A DNA stretch of 45,105 bases from Nemertoderma westbladi (Eukaryota; Animalia; Xenacoelomorpha): assembly GCA_032718475.1 (NCBI GenBank), contig JAUCBJ010005737.1:1-45105 (forward strand). Direction: 5' to 3'. Positions 12,521-24,594 of the stretch are shown one piece after another; positions within the stretch are counted from its first letter, which is position 1, and every line of letters begins with the position of its first letter. The position numbers and the translations under genes were made by a program. The notes under the pieces were generated by a model, which searched no databases, had not been told where the DNA came from, and was given only the letters and a program-made list of their open reading frames with translations.

Positions 12521-12878
12521 GGTTGTCGGTTGCCGGCTGTCGGCTTTCGGCTGTCGGTTGTCGGTTGTCGGCTGTCGACTGTCGGTTATCGGCTGTCAGT
12601 TGTCGGCTGTCGGTTGTCTGTTGTTGGCTTTCGGTTGCCGGTTGTCGGTTTCGGCTGTCGGTTGTCGGTTGCCGGCTGTCGGTTTTCGGCTGTCGGCTGT
12701 CGGTTGTCGGCTGTCGGGTATCGGTTGTCGGGTATCGGTTGTCGGTTGTCGTCTGCCGGTTGTCGGCTGTCGGTTTGTCGGCTGTCGGTTGTCGGCTGTC
12801 GGTTTTGGTTGTCGGCTGTCGGTTGAAGGTTGTCGGTTGTCGGTTGTCGACTGTCGGTTGAAGGTTGTCGGCTGTCAG
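12521..12878 (-). repeat. (YTGTCGG)n 7-bp microsatellite
   Basis: Reverse complement of the 10589 array, followed by the same flank GTAACGTTTACACCCAT. Confidence 0.95.
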
Positions 12879-12909
12879 CGTAACGTTTACACCCATTTTT
12901 TATACAAAT

Positions 12910-13311
12910 CTAAGCAGAAATAGTTTCACCTACCACCTCCTTAGTAAGTGAGCCAGAATTTTTCATTATTGCTTCCATTCTTTAGCTACAAGTGTTTGAA
13001 AATAGTGTCTCCGGCGAATTGCGCCAATCGTACTGCAGATATTCTTAAATTTTATAGCAATAAGTTGGTAAGGTAAAGTAAGTAGTAAGTTAAAGTTGGT
13101 AGCAGTGGAAAGCTGGCCGTTCAAGGATTCCAAATTTATCAAAATATTTGTATTTCGTTGGGAAATAGCTGAGTATGGGCATTCGAATATTGCGTGTATT
13201 TGCTTCCTCTGCAGGCCATTTTATATATTTAATATATTACACACAATATTCGGAAACGTTCTGTTTATCTCATACGAAGCTTGGCAACCATGCAATATCT
13301 GTATTATAATA
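12910..13311. mobile_element. family A internal fragment (left arm)
   Basis: ATAGTTTCACC..TCTTTAGCTACAAG..GTGGAAAGCTGGCC..AAGGATTCCAAAT..ATGGGCATTCGAA matches 4965-5300. Confidence 0.75.
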
Positions 13312-13323
13312 TTACACCTTTTC

Positions 13324-13423
13324 AATATGTAATTCAAAAAGCGTAATATGTAATTCAGAACCGTAATATGTAAATCAGAAAGCGTAATATGTAATTCAGA
13401 AACCGTAATATGTAATTCAGAAA
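13324..13423. repeat. 21-bp tandem repeat, ~5 copies
   Basis: TAATATGTAATTCAGAAASCG units immediately after the end of duplication copy 1. Confidence 0.85.
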
Positions 13424-13696
13424 CTTAGGAATCATGTCGTTATCTCTTGGTATCTCTGGGAAACCAAATGTTCCAGAAGCTTTCTGCTACCTTATTTGTG
13501 TTAATAATAATAGAATTGGTAGTTACTTGGTACCTGTTAATTCTAAAGGAATGTTAGTGCAATGCGTTTCATTAATCTTAAACGTCTATTAATATTTATA
13601 AATCACGTTGTTTGTTGGTTCTTAGTGGAATTTATAACCAATTAATAACTGGCCCATGTGGATTATTTAATGGTATGGTTAATAAGGTAATAAGGT

Positions 13697-15502
13697 AATA
13701 AGGTTACTTACTAATATCACTGATATATTATGGATAGCCAGTAATCGTCAAGCAACATGACCTTCCAATAAACTCTGATACTTTAACATTACTGTGTTAT
13801 GGATAGTCAGTATTCTTCAAGTATATCGTCATGCTTGCGCCCATGTGAAGAATATCAGGATTACCAGGGGCGCTTATTTCTGTCATATAACCGGCCCATG
13901 TGAAGAATACCAGAATTTCTGCCGTTATATTTCACTTTGCAGTTACCCCCATGTGAAGAATACCAGAATTTCTGCCGTTATATTTCACTTTGCAGTTACC
14001 CCCATGTGAAGAATACCAGAATTTCTGCCGTTATATTTCACCTTGCAGTTACCCCCATGTGAAGAATACCAGAATTTCTGCCGTTATATTTCACTTTGCA
14101 GTTACCCCCATGTGAAGAATACCAGGTTTTCACCAAAAACACAGGATACAGAAGGGCTGAATCTAACAAATCTAACAAATTAGTATATGTTCAGGTTATA
14201 AGACAGAAATAAGGCTATAAAGATAAATTAAATAAAATAAAAAATCGTCATATATGAAATTCCAATAAAAAATCGACCGAAAAGTGAAATCCTGGTATTC
14301 TTCACATTGGCGTTATAACCTGTACAAATACTAATTCGTTTATTGTTTTGGTTAGATTCAGTGGTTAGATTCAGTAACCTGTGTTTTTGGTGAAAACCTG
14401 ATATTCTTCACATGGGGGTAGCTGCAAAGTGAAATATAACGGCAGAAAGTCTTGTATTCTTCACATGGGCCCTGTGTGACCTTTAAATTATTGGTAGTGT
14501 CTTTGATAATCTTATATTGGTGTTAAAGATAGTTCATTATCTTAAATAATGTACTCTTAATTTATTTTATAAGTATAGAGTTTAAAAGAACACAAGTCTC
14601 AAATTCGTTTAGAAATGATTATTACAGTTTATTAATATTTTTCTTCACCAAATTGCTCTTTTTATTGTTGTTTTTTAATTACCGTTATTAATGGTTTTCG
14701 GATTTGGTTGTCGGTTGCCGGCTGTCGGTTGTCTGCTTTCGGCTGTCGGTTGTCGGCTGTCGGTTGTCAGTTGTCGGCTTTCGGCTGTCATTTGTCGGTT
14801 GTCGACTGTCGGTTGTCGGTTGTAGGCTGTCAGTTGTCGGCTGTCTGTTGTCGGCTGTCGGTTGCCGGCTGTCGGTTTCGGCTGTCGGTTGCCGGCTTTC
14901 GGTTTTCGGCTGTCGGTTGTCAGTTGTCGGCTGTCGGGTATCGGTTGTCGGTTGTCGTCTGCCGGTTGTCGGCTGTCGGCTGTCGGTTGTCGGCTCTCGG
15001 TTTTGGTTGTCGGTTGTCGACTGTCGGTTGAAGGTTGTCGGTTGTCGGCTGTCAGTTGTCGGCTGTCAGCGTAACGTTTACACCCATTTTTTATACAAAT
15101 CTAAGCAGAGATAGTTTCACCTACCACCTCCTTAGTGAGTGAACCAGAATTTGTCATTATTGCTTCCATTCTTTAGCTACAAGTGTTTGAAAATAGTGTC
15201 TCCGGCGAATTGCGCCAATCGTACTGCAGATATTCTTAAATTTTATAGTAATAAGTTGGTAAGGTAAAGTAAGTAGTAAGTTAAAGTTGGTAGCAGTGGA
15301 AAGCTGGCCGTTCAAGGATTCCAAATTTATCAAAATATTTGTATTTCTTTGGGAAATAGCTGAGTATGGGCATTCGAATGTTGCGTGTATTTGCTTCCTC
15401 TGCAGGCCATTTTTTATATTTAATATATTACACACAATATTCGGAAACGTTCTGTTTATCTCATAAGTAGCTTGGCAACCATGCAATATCTGTATTATAA
15501 TA
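13697..15502 (+). repeat. tandem segmental duplication, copy 2 (53-bp array with 4 full units; 7-bp microsatellite at 14706-15069)
   Basis: Matches 11353-13311. CATGTG occurs at 13897-14109 with period 53. Confidence 0.93.
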
Positions 15503-15720
15503 CTACATGGATTAGTACGTGGATATTCATGCAAAAACAAAATGTTCTAGAAGATGGTGTATTTATTAAATAGAATAGATAGTATGGGAAGCAAATACAT
15601 GCAACTTTTGAATGCTCATATCTCGATATCTCAGCTATTTCCCAACCAAATTCAAGTAGTTTTACATTATTTGGAATCCTTGAACGGCCAACTTTACATT
15701 ACTACCAACAAATCACTATG
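15100..15720. mobile_element. family A internal portion spanning the palindrome centre
   Basis: 15290-15410 is inverted against ~15585-15710. The region is collinear with 4965-5526 and lacks the family C insert. Confidence 0.75.
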
Positions 15721-16619
15721 AAATTTAAGTGCCGAAAAATGCCGAGAACTGCAGAACTACCAAGATTCTCAGAACTGTGGTATTGTGTACTGTAGGCATA
15801 ATTTCAAGCAATTAACCAATCATTATTGATTATGTGATGATGTATTTAGAATTGGAAGCTTTGTTTTTTAATTAAATGCCGATATTACTTTTCGATAACT
15901 TGATTTTGAGTCGCTTTTTTTTGCCAATATCCCATGATTTACTCACTCTACAGAAATGTACTTTTATTTTACATAAAGTCCATGTCTATGGGAGACAATT
16001 AAATGTTAATTAATATGTGTAAAAGTAAATGTTAAGGGGTAGGCCGGTTAATATTTACAAAAATTTATACTTTTACTTGTTATGTTATTTTTTAATTAAA
16101 TGTAATTTATTTGTTGTGGCAGTAGTATGTAATCTAACAAATACAGTAGTAATATCGTAATTTTAACAATATAATAGTCACTGCGTAGTCCGTAAGTAAA
16201 CATTGTACATAGGTCGTTATAAATTAACAAAATGTTGCTTTAATTAACAACAAATCAAACTAACTATACAGTAATATATTGTGTCAGGGATTTAATTAGC
16301 GTTTGTGGTTTGTAACAAATTAGCAAATTCAATAGAGTCAGCCAAATATTTCTACACACCTTATTAACCCAATAATAAATACATGTGCGATAGCCTATTA
16401 TGACTTGATGTTATGAAACCGATCGTATCAAAGTTCATTCTGTGAAAGCCAATAATACTGAATATTTTATATATTTTACTAGAAGCGATGAAAATTGAAA
16501 TATATATAAGCCCACACAAGCCAGGCAAATCGGTGTAAACGTGTAAAAATATGTATATATTTATAATGATAATATTTATATAAAATTAAGGCACCTATTT
16601 TTCAACTCACAAAAAAGAA

Positions 16620-16790
16620 TCACTCATCACTATTATTCACTAAATAATTAATTTATAACTAAATAATTAATTTATCACTAAATATAATCGTTTATCACTA
16701 AAAGTAAATCATTTATCACCAAAAATAATAATTTATCACTAAAAATAACCATTTATTAATAATAATAATAATTATTATTATTATTATTTT
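16620..16790. repeat. degenerate ~20-bp AT-rich tandem repeat plus (AAT)n/(TTA)n microsatellite
   Basis: TTTATCACTAAAA-type units followed by AATAATAAT..TTATTATTA. Confidence 0.7.
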
Positions 16791-16957
16791 ATTGCCTTGG
16801 AGGCAGCTCGGAGTTCAGTACCCAACGCAGCTGATGATTGACGGCAACAAGCGTCAGCAGACTCCCCAGATCTACGGCTGCCTGGTTACAGCCACTGATG
16901 ACAAAACAAAAGACACACGCTGATGGAGATCAGGGGATAGGCTGATAGGCTGATAGG

Positions 16958-18465
16958 CAGGCCTCATTATTTTTGAGAAATCGCAAATTTATCAAAAATA
17001 AGCTATTTTTGAGATATTTTTCATTTTATTTTTGTTATTTTTGCGATGTTGTCTAAATCATCCTGTAATGATACGTATTATTGTAAATATTGAAACATGT
17101 TTTTTTTTTAGTGAAACCGACACTTAGTACAGTGTTTAACAAACTATTGAAACTTGTTTGTTACATACTGTATGTAGTCCTATAGTATTTTATAATTAAT
17201 TAGGTTTTCTTGGATAGCCTTTGACTGACACTTAACATAACTATCAGTACTCTATTTTTTACTGCCTTTATTGCCTTTACTGTCATTTTTGGACATGCTA
17301 AAGTAATGTTAATAAAATAACGATCTTATCTTATCTTATCTTATTACAAGAAACTGCAGTACGGTAGTTATTTCTATAAGTATATCACTTTCACTTTAGA
17401 CTAACTCACTGACATGTAGCAGTATAATAGTATGTGGACAACCTTAGTATCATACCGGCTACCAGACAGTATCATAGTATGCGGACAAGAGTAGCCTACC
17501 GGCTACCAGACCATCACCGGTAACATTACCGTAGCCTATACTGTGAAAATGAAAGTTATTATTAAAATAGACCTATATTGAAAGGTTGTGTAGGCCCATT
17601 CCGTGAAAATGAATGTTATTATTAAATAGGTCTACAGTATACTGTAGCCTAGGGTTGTATAGAGTTTAATAGTTTAAAGGGTGAAGAGAAAAGTATGTAC
17701 TTTTAGCACCCATAAATCGATTATGAGAGTAAACGTAGGTGTCTGACAACCTGGTAGGAATAAAATATAGAAAATAAAAAAATAAAAAATTGTATTGACA
17801 GCAATTGACCATGTTTAAGACAGCAAATGACAATATTATTATGTAATTATATGATAAATAGATTACGACCTTAGAAGATTAAGGCAATTAAGTACAAAAA
17901 AAACAAATGTAAACGAGTTTAAAAAATGTTTCCATAAAATTAAAATTAAGTAATTATTACATACATAAAAAATAAGAATGTGGCGCTGTAAATTAAAATT
18001 AATTAAATTAATTAATTAGAGGCCCATGTTCTGTCTCTATCGGAAGTATTTTTTTTAACTTTAATGTGACAAATTTATGTTAATATAAGTTTATGTAAAT
18101 AAATATAACTAGGCCTACTGCATGCAAATATTAGTGGCCGGTAAAATAAAAATTTTGAAAATTTTTGATAATTGAAAAAGTTTACCATGTGTACTGTGTA
18201 TCCCATTCCATCTGCAGTACAGGTAATAGTACTGTAGGTATTTACTGCAGTATAGCTAATAAATTTGGAACTCTTTCCAGCTGGTTGAAATTGCAGTTAT
18301 TTATTGATAGAAATTGAAATTATTAGATTATTATAATATAACGAAATGTGCCACAAAACCTTTAAATTAAACAAAAAAAGAATCTGTTATTTTGGAGATT
18401 TTTTCCAATTTTAAAATTGCTACTTTTGACGATTTTGACAAAATAGTCAAAAATAAAGTGGCCTG
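16958..18465. mobile_element. non-autonomous hAT-type DNA transposon (1508 bp) with 8-bp TSD
   Basis: TIRs CAGGCCTCATTATTTTTGA and TCAAAAATAAAGTGGCCTG match at 16/19. The perfect 8-bp TSD CTGATAGG is at 16950-16957 and 18466-18473. The interior is AT-rich with no ORF. Confidence 0.85.
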
Positions 18466-19060
18466 CTGATAGGTCAGTAGGCAGACAGCAGGACAGGTAA
18501 AATCGCAAACAGACAACAGACAGTACCGTACAGCAGTATACACTGGTATAAGTATACCGACTACCGGTACGGTTGACGGTCAGTCAGTCAGTGTGTCAGA
18601 CGGCACACTTAGGTATTTTAGCACCTATGTTTTTCATTTTTAGTTTTATTAAAAACCTAGGCAGCTAGGTTTTTTTTCCACACCTGCCTGTCTGTCGCTG
18701 TCTGCGGGTGCTGGTCACAGGTCACCTCGCCGCAACCGGGGGGTGATTTTGCATGGCAGCATGGGGAGTGAAAATTATATGTTACACCGGTAGGCCTATG
18801 TGATAGGCCTACCGGTATGTAGGCTACAATTTTAAATTCCAGTCCTAATCAGTAGAGAGTACCGGTATTAGGCCTACTGTATTAGGTTGTAGGTCGCAAA
18901 CTCGCGGGCCTACCGCACCGGTATTTAATTTTAACTGAAAACTGTAAATTTCTACCTCAGCTGAACTCTTGGGGCTGCGTGTGCTGCACTGCTTTATAGC
19001 ACTAGCTGACTCAGACTGTCAGATAGTAGGTAGGCCTATACCGGTACTACTCTGAATAAA

Positions 19061-19955
19061 ATGGAGCAGCGTGAACTCGACAGCATAGTACATGCAGCAC
19101 TGGTCTCTACCCTAAACAACGCGACACAATGCGAAAGAGACCGGGCCTACAATGTTTGCGAGAACATAAAATCGAACCCCGACTCCTTCGGTATTGGCGT
19201 CTCTTTGGTGAGCGATTACCAGGGCGAGAACCAACTAGCAGCCAAACATTTCGGATTAATCCTCCTGGACAACTTCATACACAAATCGTGGAACATGATA
19301 CCCCCGGAACGCCGTCGCGAGATGCTAATAACCATACTCAATCTAATCTCCAACCAATCAGTGGATGCCACGTCCTTCCCTAGGCACATAAAGGCGGGAT
19401 TTTGTCGGGTTCTCGTCGAACTAATCAAGTCGATGTATCCGCCTTATTGGCTCGATATGATCCCCCAGATCCAACGTCTTTCCGCCGTCGGTCTCACACA
19501 AACAGACATCGTTCTACTCGCTCTGCAGCAGTTGGTAGAAGATATCTACCAGCATAGAGACGACAGCGTTAATTCTACCCAACGTAAGAACATAACTTTA
19601 GCGTTGAGTCAGTCTATGAGCGAGTTAGTTGCCTTCCTGCGAGGTACATTAAAGTCTCTCGTGGACAACATCTCCCCTTCCAACTCGCCCACCGCCGTCC
19701 TTCTTATAGAAACTCTCCACGTTCTCGTTGGTAACATCCCCCAACGTCTCGTCTACGACGATAACAACCTCCTCCTCCAGATCCTTGTCCTCCTACTCGG
19801 GAACTCTCAACTCCGTCTCGCTAGCGTCGAGGCCCTCATTGCGATCGTCTCGGTGAAGCCCCCCAGTAAGGAGGAGCGGCTCCCCTTGTTGGTACTCCTC
19901 CAAGAGGATGCCATGGGTTACATCCATAGCGCTGTTATCAACGCAACCGCGACAG
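19061..19955 (+). CDS. XPO5: exportin-5 homologue, coding exon 1 (importin-beta N-terminal / Xpo1 domain)
   Basis: ATG at 19061. The translation R.RAYNVCENIK..AKHFGL.LL..FI..SW..HIK..LVELIK.MYP.YW.DM is karyopherin/exportin-like. The donor CAG|GTAGGA follows 19955 (phase 1). Confidence 0.88.
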
Positions 19956-20149
19956 GTAGGAAAGGAAGTATGCCGATGGGGGGGGGGGGGGGGGCTAGTC
20001 AACTCTAATAAACATCATATTTTAAGGTTCATTGTTCCTAAATTAAATTGTCGATTTAAAGATTTTAATTGTCAATAATTTAAAGAAATTCATTACGAAT
20101 TTCTTCTTTGTTTATTTTTAATATTTCTATATAATTAAATTTTCCGCAG

Positions 20150-20631
20150 CATTCACCGAGGAAAACTACATATTCATAAAGAAAACTGCCAAGTTTCTCG
20201 AATCCGTCGGCCACCAATTGCTGATTCTCTGGGAGGCGGTTGAACCTCCTATATCCTCGACTAATCTCTCCAACTACCTCGCTTCGCTCCTCGTCTTCTC
20301 TGAGGCCTTCTCCCAGGACCTCTGTCGTCTCGCCTTCCCCATCTGGTTGTCTCTCGGGCGACACGTTAAAGCTAAACGGGACCCCACATTCCTCCAATCG
20401 GTTCCCAAACTGCAGACGATCCTGAGTAAACTCGTGGTTAAGTCGGGGTTCCCTTCCTCCCGGGACGACCAACGGTACTCCCCCGCCAACCGGATTGAGT
20501 TCGACGACGACGACCAGTTCTACGACTTTTTCCTCGACTTCCGACACAAAGTATGCGAGGTTCTCTCCGTCTACGTCGATCTCAACCCTCAGCACTGCTT
20601 CTCGCTGATGAAGAACTGGATTCTTTCTCAG
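20150..20631 (+). CDS. XPO5: exportin-5 homologue, coding exon 2
   Basis: The acceptor TTTTCCGCAG| is phase compatible (G+CA = Ala, then FTEENYIFIKK). KSGFPS..SPANRIEFDDDDQFYDFFLDFR resembles the XPO5 GFPS..DFD.D.DF..FF..R motif. The donor is CAG|GTGAAT (phase 0). Confidence 0.88.
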
Positions 20632-20966
20632 GTGAATTGTTTACATGCAGTTAGTCGAAAAATACCGGCGATCTTCGTCGTCACCGTATAAGGACTGATG
20701 GGAATTGATAGGGCCAAATCAGTAACCAAAATAAGTAGAATACCGGTACAGTGGTTGGAGGTAGAATAATATTATTATATTGTACTTTTGCATTCCAGGT
20801 TATATTATTACTTGCCGGGCTATAACGTGCGATGCTTTCCCATGGCGCCGTCTGCAGAACGAATTATTAGTAATAATAGTAAATAAATAATATACTGTTA
20901 TTCATTTTTTTTATTATATATTTTTTATACAAACTTATATTATAATTTACGTTGTGTTTCCCTTAG

Positions 20967-23105
20967 GTAGTGGAACCGATTAGATTGGGGGCGGAACACC
21001 CGACCTACTGCGTTCCAACAACACCTTCTTACCTCCGCTGGGACGGTTTGGCTTCCTTTACCGACGTCGTAATGAAACGAATTGACAAAATCAGCTGGTT
21101 GACCTCCAACCCGGCCTTCCATTGCGACGCCAAACTCATATCCCAGTCGCTGATTGGTTTCTCCTCCGACGACCCCCTTGTGGACTCGGCCTGTCTCTCC
21201 TGCATCTCGTCGACTATCAACATTATCGTCATCCACCCCGACCTTGTCGTCCCCATTCTAGAGAAACTCCTACGGACCACGCACTTCTCCCGCCCCGGCA
21301 CCCGCTCCAAGGCCGTGCTTAACATCCGCAGACACGCGTGCAACCTCCTCATCTGTCTCTCCAAGTCCCACACTCAGTACCTCAGGCCGCACTACGACTC
21401 CTTACTAAAGTTCGTTAACAACTGCCTCAGTAATCCCGACGAGTTCACCAATCTCGAGAGATCTTGTCTGCTAGAAGTCATCGTTATACTCACCCTGAAG
21501 AATCTACCGAACGATGAAACCAACGTTGTGGCTCGAAATAACTTGTTGTTTCTAATCAAAGGCATTTGGGAATCATTCTGGGACGAGGCCTCCCATCTAA
21601 ACTGCTGCAACTCTGTTAATAATTTTATTATTTATTTTGGTTTGGATAAAACGATAACCGATGAAGTCTCTATCGCACGGCAATGCAGACTTAGTTTCGC
21701 TGTTACGTCGATTAATTTCCTCTACAAATACTTCCCCAATTCCGACGTCGCCTATCTTTTGTCCGATTTCCCTGTTTGGGAATCCGTGAGTCGCGCCTGT
21801 AAACTCTTCCAGTGTTGTCATCGTCTCCACGCAAAGGAGGTCCTCGCTATGCTCTCTGAGGATAACCAGTCGCTCACCGAAATTAGCGACGGGGAACAAG
21901 TGAGTATCGGCCGTAACAGACCGGAGTCCCACTGCATCCACAAGGGCAGTCAACGAAGTCAATCCTCTCGGATGAGGATCTACTTCTCGTTGGTTTACGA
22001 CGACCTCCTCCATCTCATTCCTTTCGCCGCCAATCTCGCTCCGATCACGTTCTTCTCCCAACTCGAGCTCCTCAAGCAGGTGTTCGATTCCGCTCTGTCC
22101 GACTTGCAACTGTTGCCGACTTTCCGTCTCAAGGCCGTCGTGAAACATTTCGTTAAACCGTTGTTCCTCATCTGTCCCGTCGAGACGTTCGCTCAGGTTG
22201 GGGCGCCGATGCTGCATCCCGATGTCGTCTTCTTCACGCAGTACATATCATCCCGGTGGGAGGAGCTCCTGTCCCAACAAACCTCCTCCAATGACGACGA
22301 ATCATCCGCCGAGGACGCGGCTGAGAACTCCCTCCTTTCCTCGCTAAGTCGCGAGTTTGTGCTGCTCCTGCAGGCGCTGTTGGTGCATAACCACCATCCG
22401 GTCAACTTGAATAACAGTCAAGACTTCCGCGGCAGCCAAGATTCGGTTACTACGAACGGACACGGCTCCACTCCAAACGGACAGGCGTCTGTTAAAGACA
22501 TTCTAACCGACAAAGGAACGTTATTCTTGGAATCCCCTTACGCTCGCGATATTCTCTTCTGTTGTTTCCGAGGTTTGACTTGGGATGACAGCACTCTCGT
22601 ATATAAACTCGCTAATATTTGTAAACTTAGTTTCCTTTTTGTTTATAGTAAAGGATTAACTAATGAAGACGTTCGGTTTGTCTTCACTTTGGTTCTAAAG
22701 AGTTTTCATGTCCATGGTGGCGGCAATGATATGTTAAATCCTTTGCTGCTTCTGGCGATGGAGATATATTGTTTGTGTTACCAACGGTATCCTTGTATCA
22801 AAGATATAATGCTGTGTATCCCTGGCGTTTCCGAAGTTGTACTCAATGATTTTAATGCCCAGATTCCTGATGCGACTTCAGGGGTCGTTCTGGAACAAAA
22901 CAGTGCGAGATTTAAGCGACAGAAAGCGGCATTAGAACGCATCGTTAAACCTATTACCGGGCGCGCACTCAGTCAACAGCATCGGATAGACCGAGCTGAG
23001 ATTAATATGCCGGTACTTTACAAACATAATCGCGCGCCTCGCCCCTCCTGGTTGGAAAAGGAAACAGATAATTATGTGTTGGCTGATCTATTTAACCCTG
23101 GGTGA
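20967..23105 (+). CDS. XPO5: exportin-5 homologue, coding exon 3 (terminal)
   Basis: The acceptor TTTCCCTTAG| is in frame. Motifs include RSKAVLNIRRHAC and RLKAVVKHFVKPLFLICP. The C-terminal ITGRALSQQHR..INMPVLYK..LADLFNP resembles the metazoan XPO5 tail. The spliced CDS is 3516 nt (1171 aa). Confidence 0.9.
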   Translation, partial: VVEPIRLGAEHPTYCVPTTPSYLRWDGLASFTDVVMKRIDKISWLTSNPAFHCDAKLISQSLIGFSSDDPLVDSACLSCISSTINIIVIHPDLVVPILEKLLRTTHFSRPGTRSKAVLNIRRHACNLLICLSKSHTQYLRPHYDSLLKFVNNCLSNPDEFTNLERSCLLEVIVILTLKNLPNDETNVVARNNLLFLIKGIWESFWDEASHLNCCNSVNNFIIYFGLDKTITDEVSIARQCRLSFAVTSINFLYKYFPNSDVAYLLSDFPVWESVSRACKLFQCCHRLHAKEVLAMLSEDNQSLTEISDGEQVSIGRNRPESHCIHKGSQRSQSSRMRIYFSLVYDDLLHLIPFAANLAPITFFSQLELLKQVFDSALSDLQLLPTFRLKAVVKHFVKPLFLICPVETFAQVGAPMLHPDVVFFTQYISSRWEELLSQQTSSNDDESSAEDAAENSLLSSLSREFVLLLQALLVHNHHPVNLNNSQDFRGSQDSVTTNGHGSTPNGQASVKDILTDKGTLFLESPYARDILFCCFRGLTWDDSTLVYKLANICKLSFLFVYSKGLTNEDVRFVFTLVLKSFHVHGGGNDMLNPLLLLAMEIYCLCYQRYPCIKDIMLCIPGVSEVVLNDFNAQIPDATSGVVLEQNSARFKRQKAALERIVKPITGRALSQQHRIDRAEINMPVLYKHNRAPRPSWLEKETDNYVLADLFNPG

Positions 23106-23128
23106 CTATAATGAGTAGTGACGAATCC

Positions 23129-23134
23129 AATAAA
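23129..23134 (+). terminator. candidate polyadenylation signal of XPO5
   Basis: AATAAA 24 nt after the stop codon. The context is AT-rich, so the evidence is weak. Confidence 0.35.
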
Positions 23135-23298
23135 TTAGCAATTGACCAATAACGGTGCTTGTAGACTCATTAATAAGGTTAATCCTGAACAGATGCCATA
23201 AGAACTTAAAGTTTATTCTTGTATCGGTAATGTTTTTATTTGTATCCAGTACTCGCCCTATCAGACTCTTGCCTACTTACTTATTCGCTTTGAAATCG

Positions 23299-24399
23299 AA
23301 CACCCTATGTAACACCTCCACATATCTATAGCGTCTGTGGTCTTCGATAAACAAACACCCTATGTAACACCTCCACATATCTATAGCGTCTGTGGTCTTC
23401 GATAAACAAACACCCTATGTAACACCTCCACATATCTATAGCGTCTGTGGTCTTCGATAAACAAACACCCTATGTAACACCTCCACATATCTATAGCGTC
23501 TGTGGTCTTCGATAAACAAACACCCTATGTAACACCTCCACATATCTATAGCGTCTGTGGTCTTCGATAAACAAACACCCTATGTAACACCTCCACATAT
23601 ATATAGCGTCTGTGGTCTTCGATAAACAAACACCCTATGTAACACCTCCACATATCTATAGCGTCTGTGGTCTTCGATAAACAAACGCCCTATGTAACAC
23701 CTCCACATATCTATAGCGTCTGTGGTCTTCGATAAACAAACACCCTATGTAACACCTCCACATATCTATAGCGTCTGTGGTCTTCGATAAACAAACACCC
23801 TATGTAACACCTCCACATATCTATAGCGTCTGTGGTCTTCGATAAACAAACACCCTATGTAACACCTCCACATATCTATAGCGTCTGTGGTCTTCGATAA
23901 ACAAACACACTATGTAACACCTCCACATATCTATAGCGTCTGTGGTCTTCGTTAAACAAACACCCTATGTAACACCTCCACATATCTATAGCGTCTGTGG
24001 TCTTCGATAAACAAACACCCTATGTAACACCTCCACATATCTACAGCGTCTGTGGTCTTCGATAAACAAACACCCTATGTAACACCTCCACATATCTATA
24101 GCGTCTGTGGTCTTCGATAAACAAACACCCTATGTAACACCTCCACATATCTATAGCATCTGTGGTCTTCGATAAACAAACACCCTATGTAGCACCTCCA
24201 CATATCTATAGCGTCTGTGGTCTTCGTTAAACAAACACCCTATGTAACACCTCCACATATCTATAGCGTCTGTGGTCTTCGATAAACAAACACCCTATGT
24301 AACACCTCCACATATCTATAGCGTCTGTGGTCTTCGTTAAACAAACACCCTATGTAACACCTCCACATATCTATAGCGTCTGTGGTCTTCGTTAAACAA
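23299..24399. repeat. 55-bp tandem minisatellite, 20 copies
   Basis: Unit AACACCCTATGTAACACCTCCACATATCTATAGCGTCTGTGGTCTTCGATAAACA, with CACCC at 23301, 23356 and 23411. Confidence 0.97.
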
Positions 24400-24594
24400 C
24401 TTACTTAGAATAACCCGATGTGGTCGTTATTGATTTTAAAATTACTTTTAATTATAGTATTTGTTTTATTTTCTTAATTATTGATATCAAAACTTAATGG
24501 TAAATCTCCACATTGTTAAATGGTAAGCAATTGATTGATTGGTTATAATTGTTTCGCTATTAAATTTGCGATCTGTTGGTTGGATTCAGTTGGG

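Larger units (their letters stand above)
11353..13311 (+). repeat. tandem segmental duplication, copy 1
   Basis: Near-identical to 13697-15502. The offset is 2344 bp before the 53-bp array and 2185 bp after it. Confidence 0.93.

Noticed and set aside
19956-20008. ORF extensions ending MGGGGASQL (19061 ORF) and VNCLHAVSRK (20632-20691)
   Set aside because: They are read-through into introns past good GT donors; splicing gives a continuous XPO5 frame.
20797-20825. Alternative acceptor TTCCAG| in XPO5 intron 2
   Set aside because: A phase-0 join gives TAA after 8 codons, and there is no evidence of use.
20080-22405. Antisense and alternative-frame ORFs over XPO5 (and over the Copia ORF)
   Set aside because: These are shadow ORFs of real coding sequence with no recognisable motifs.
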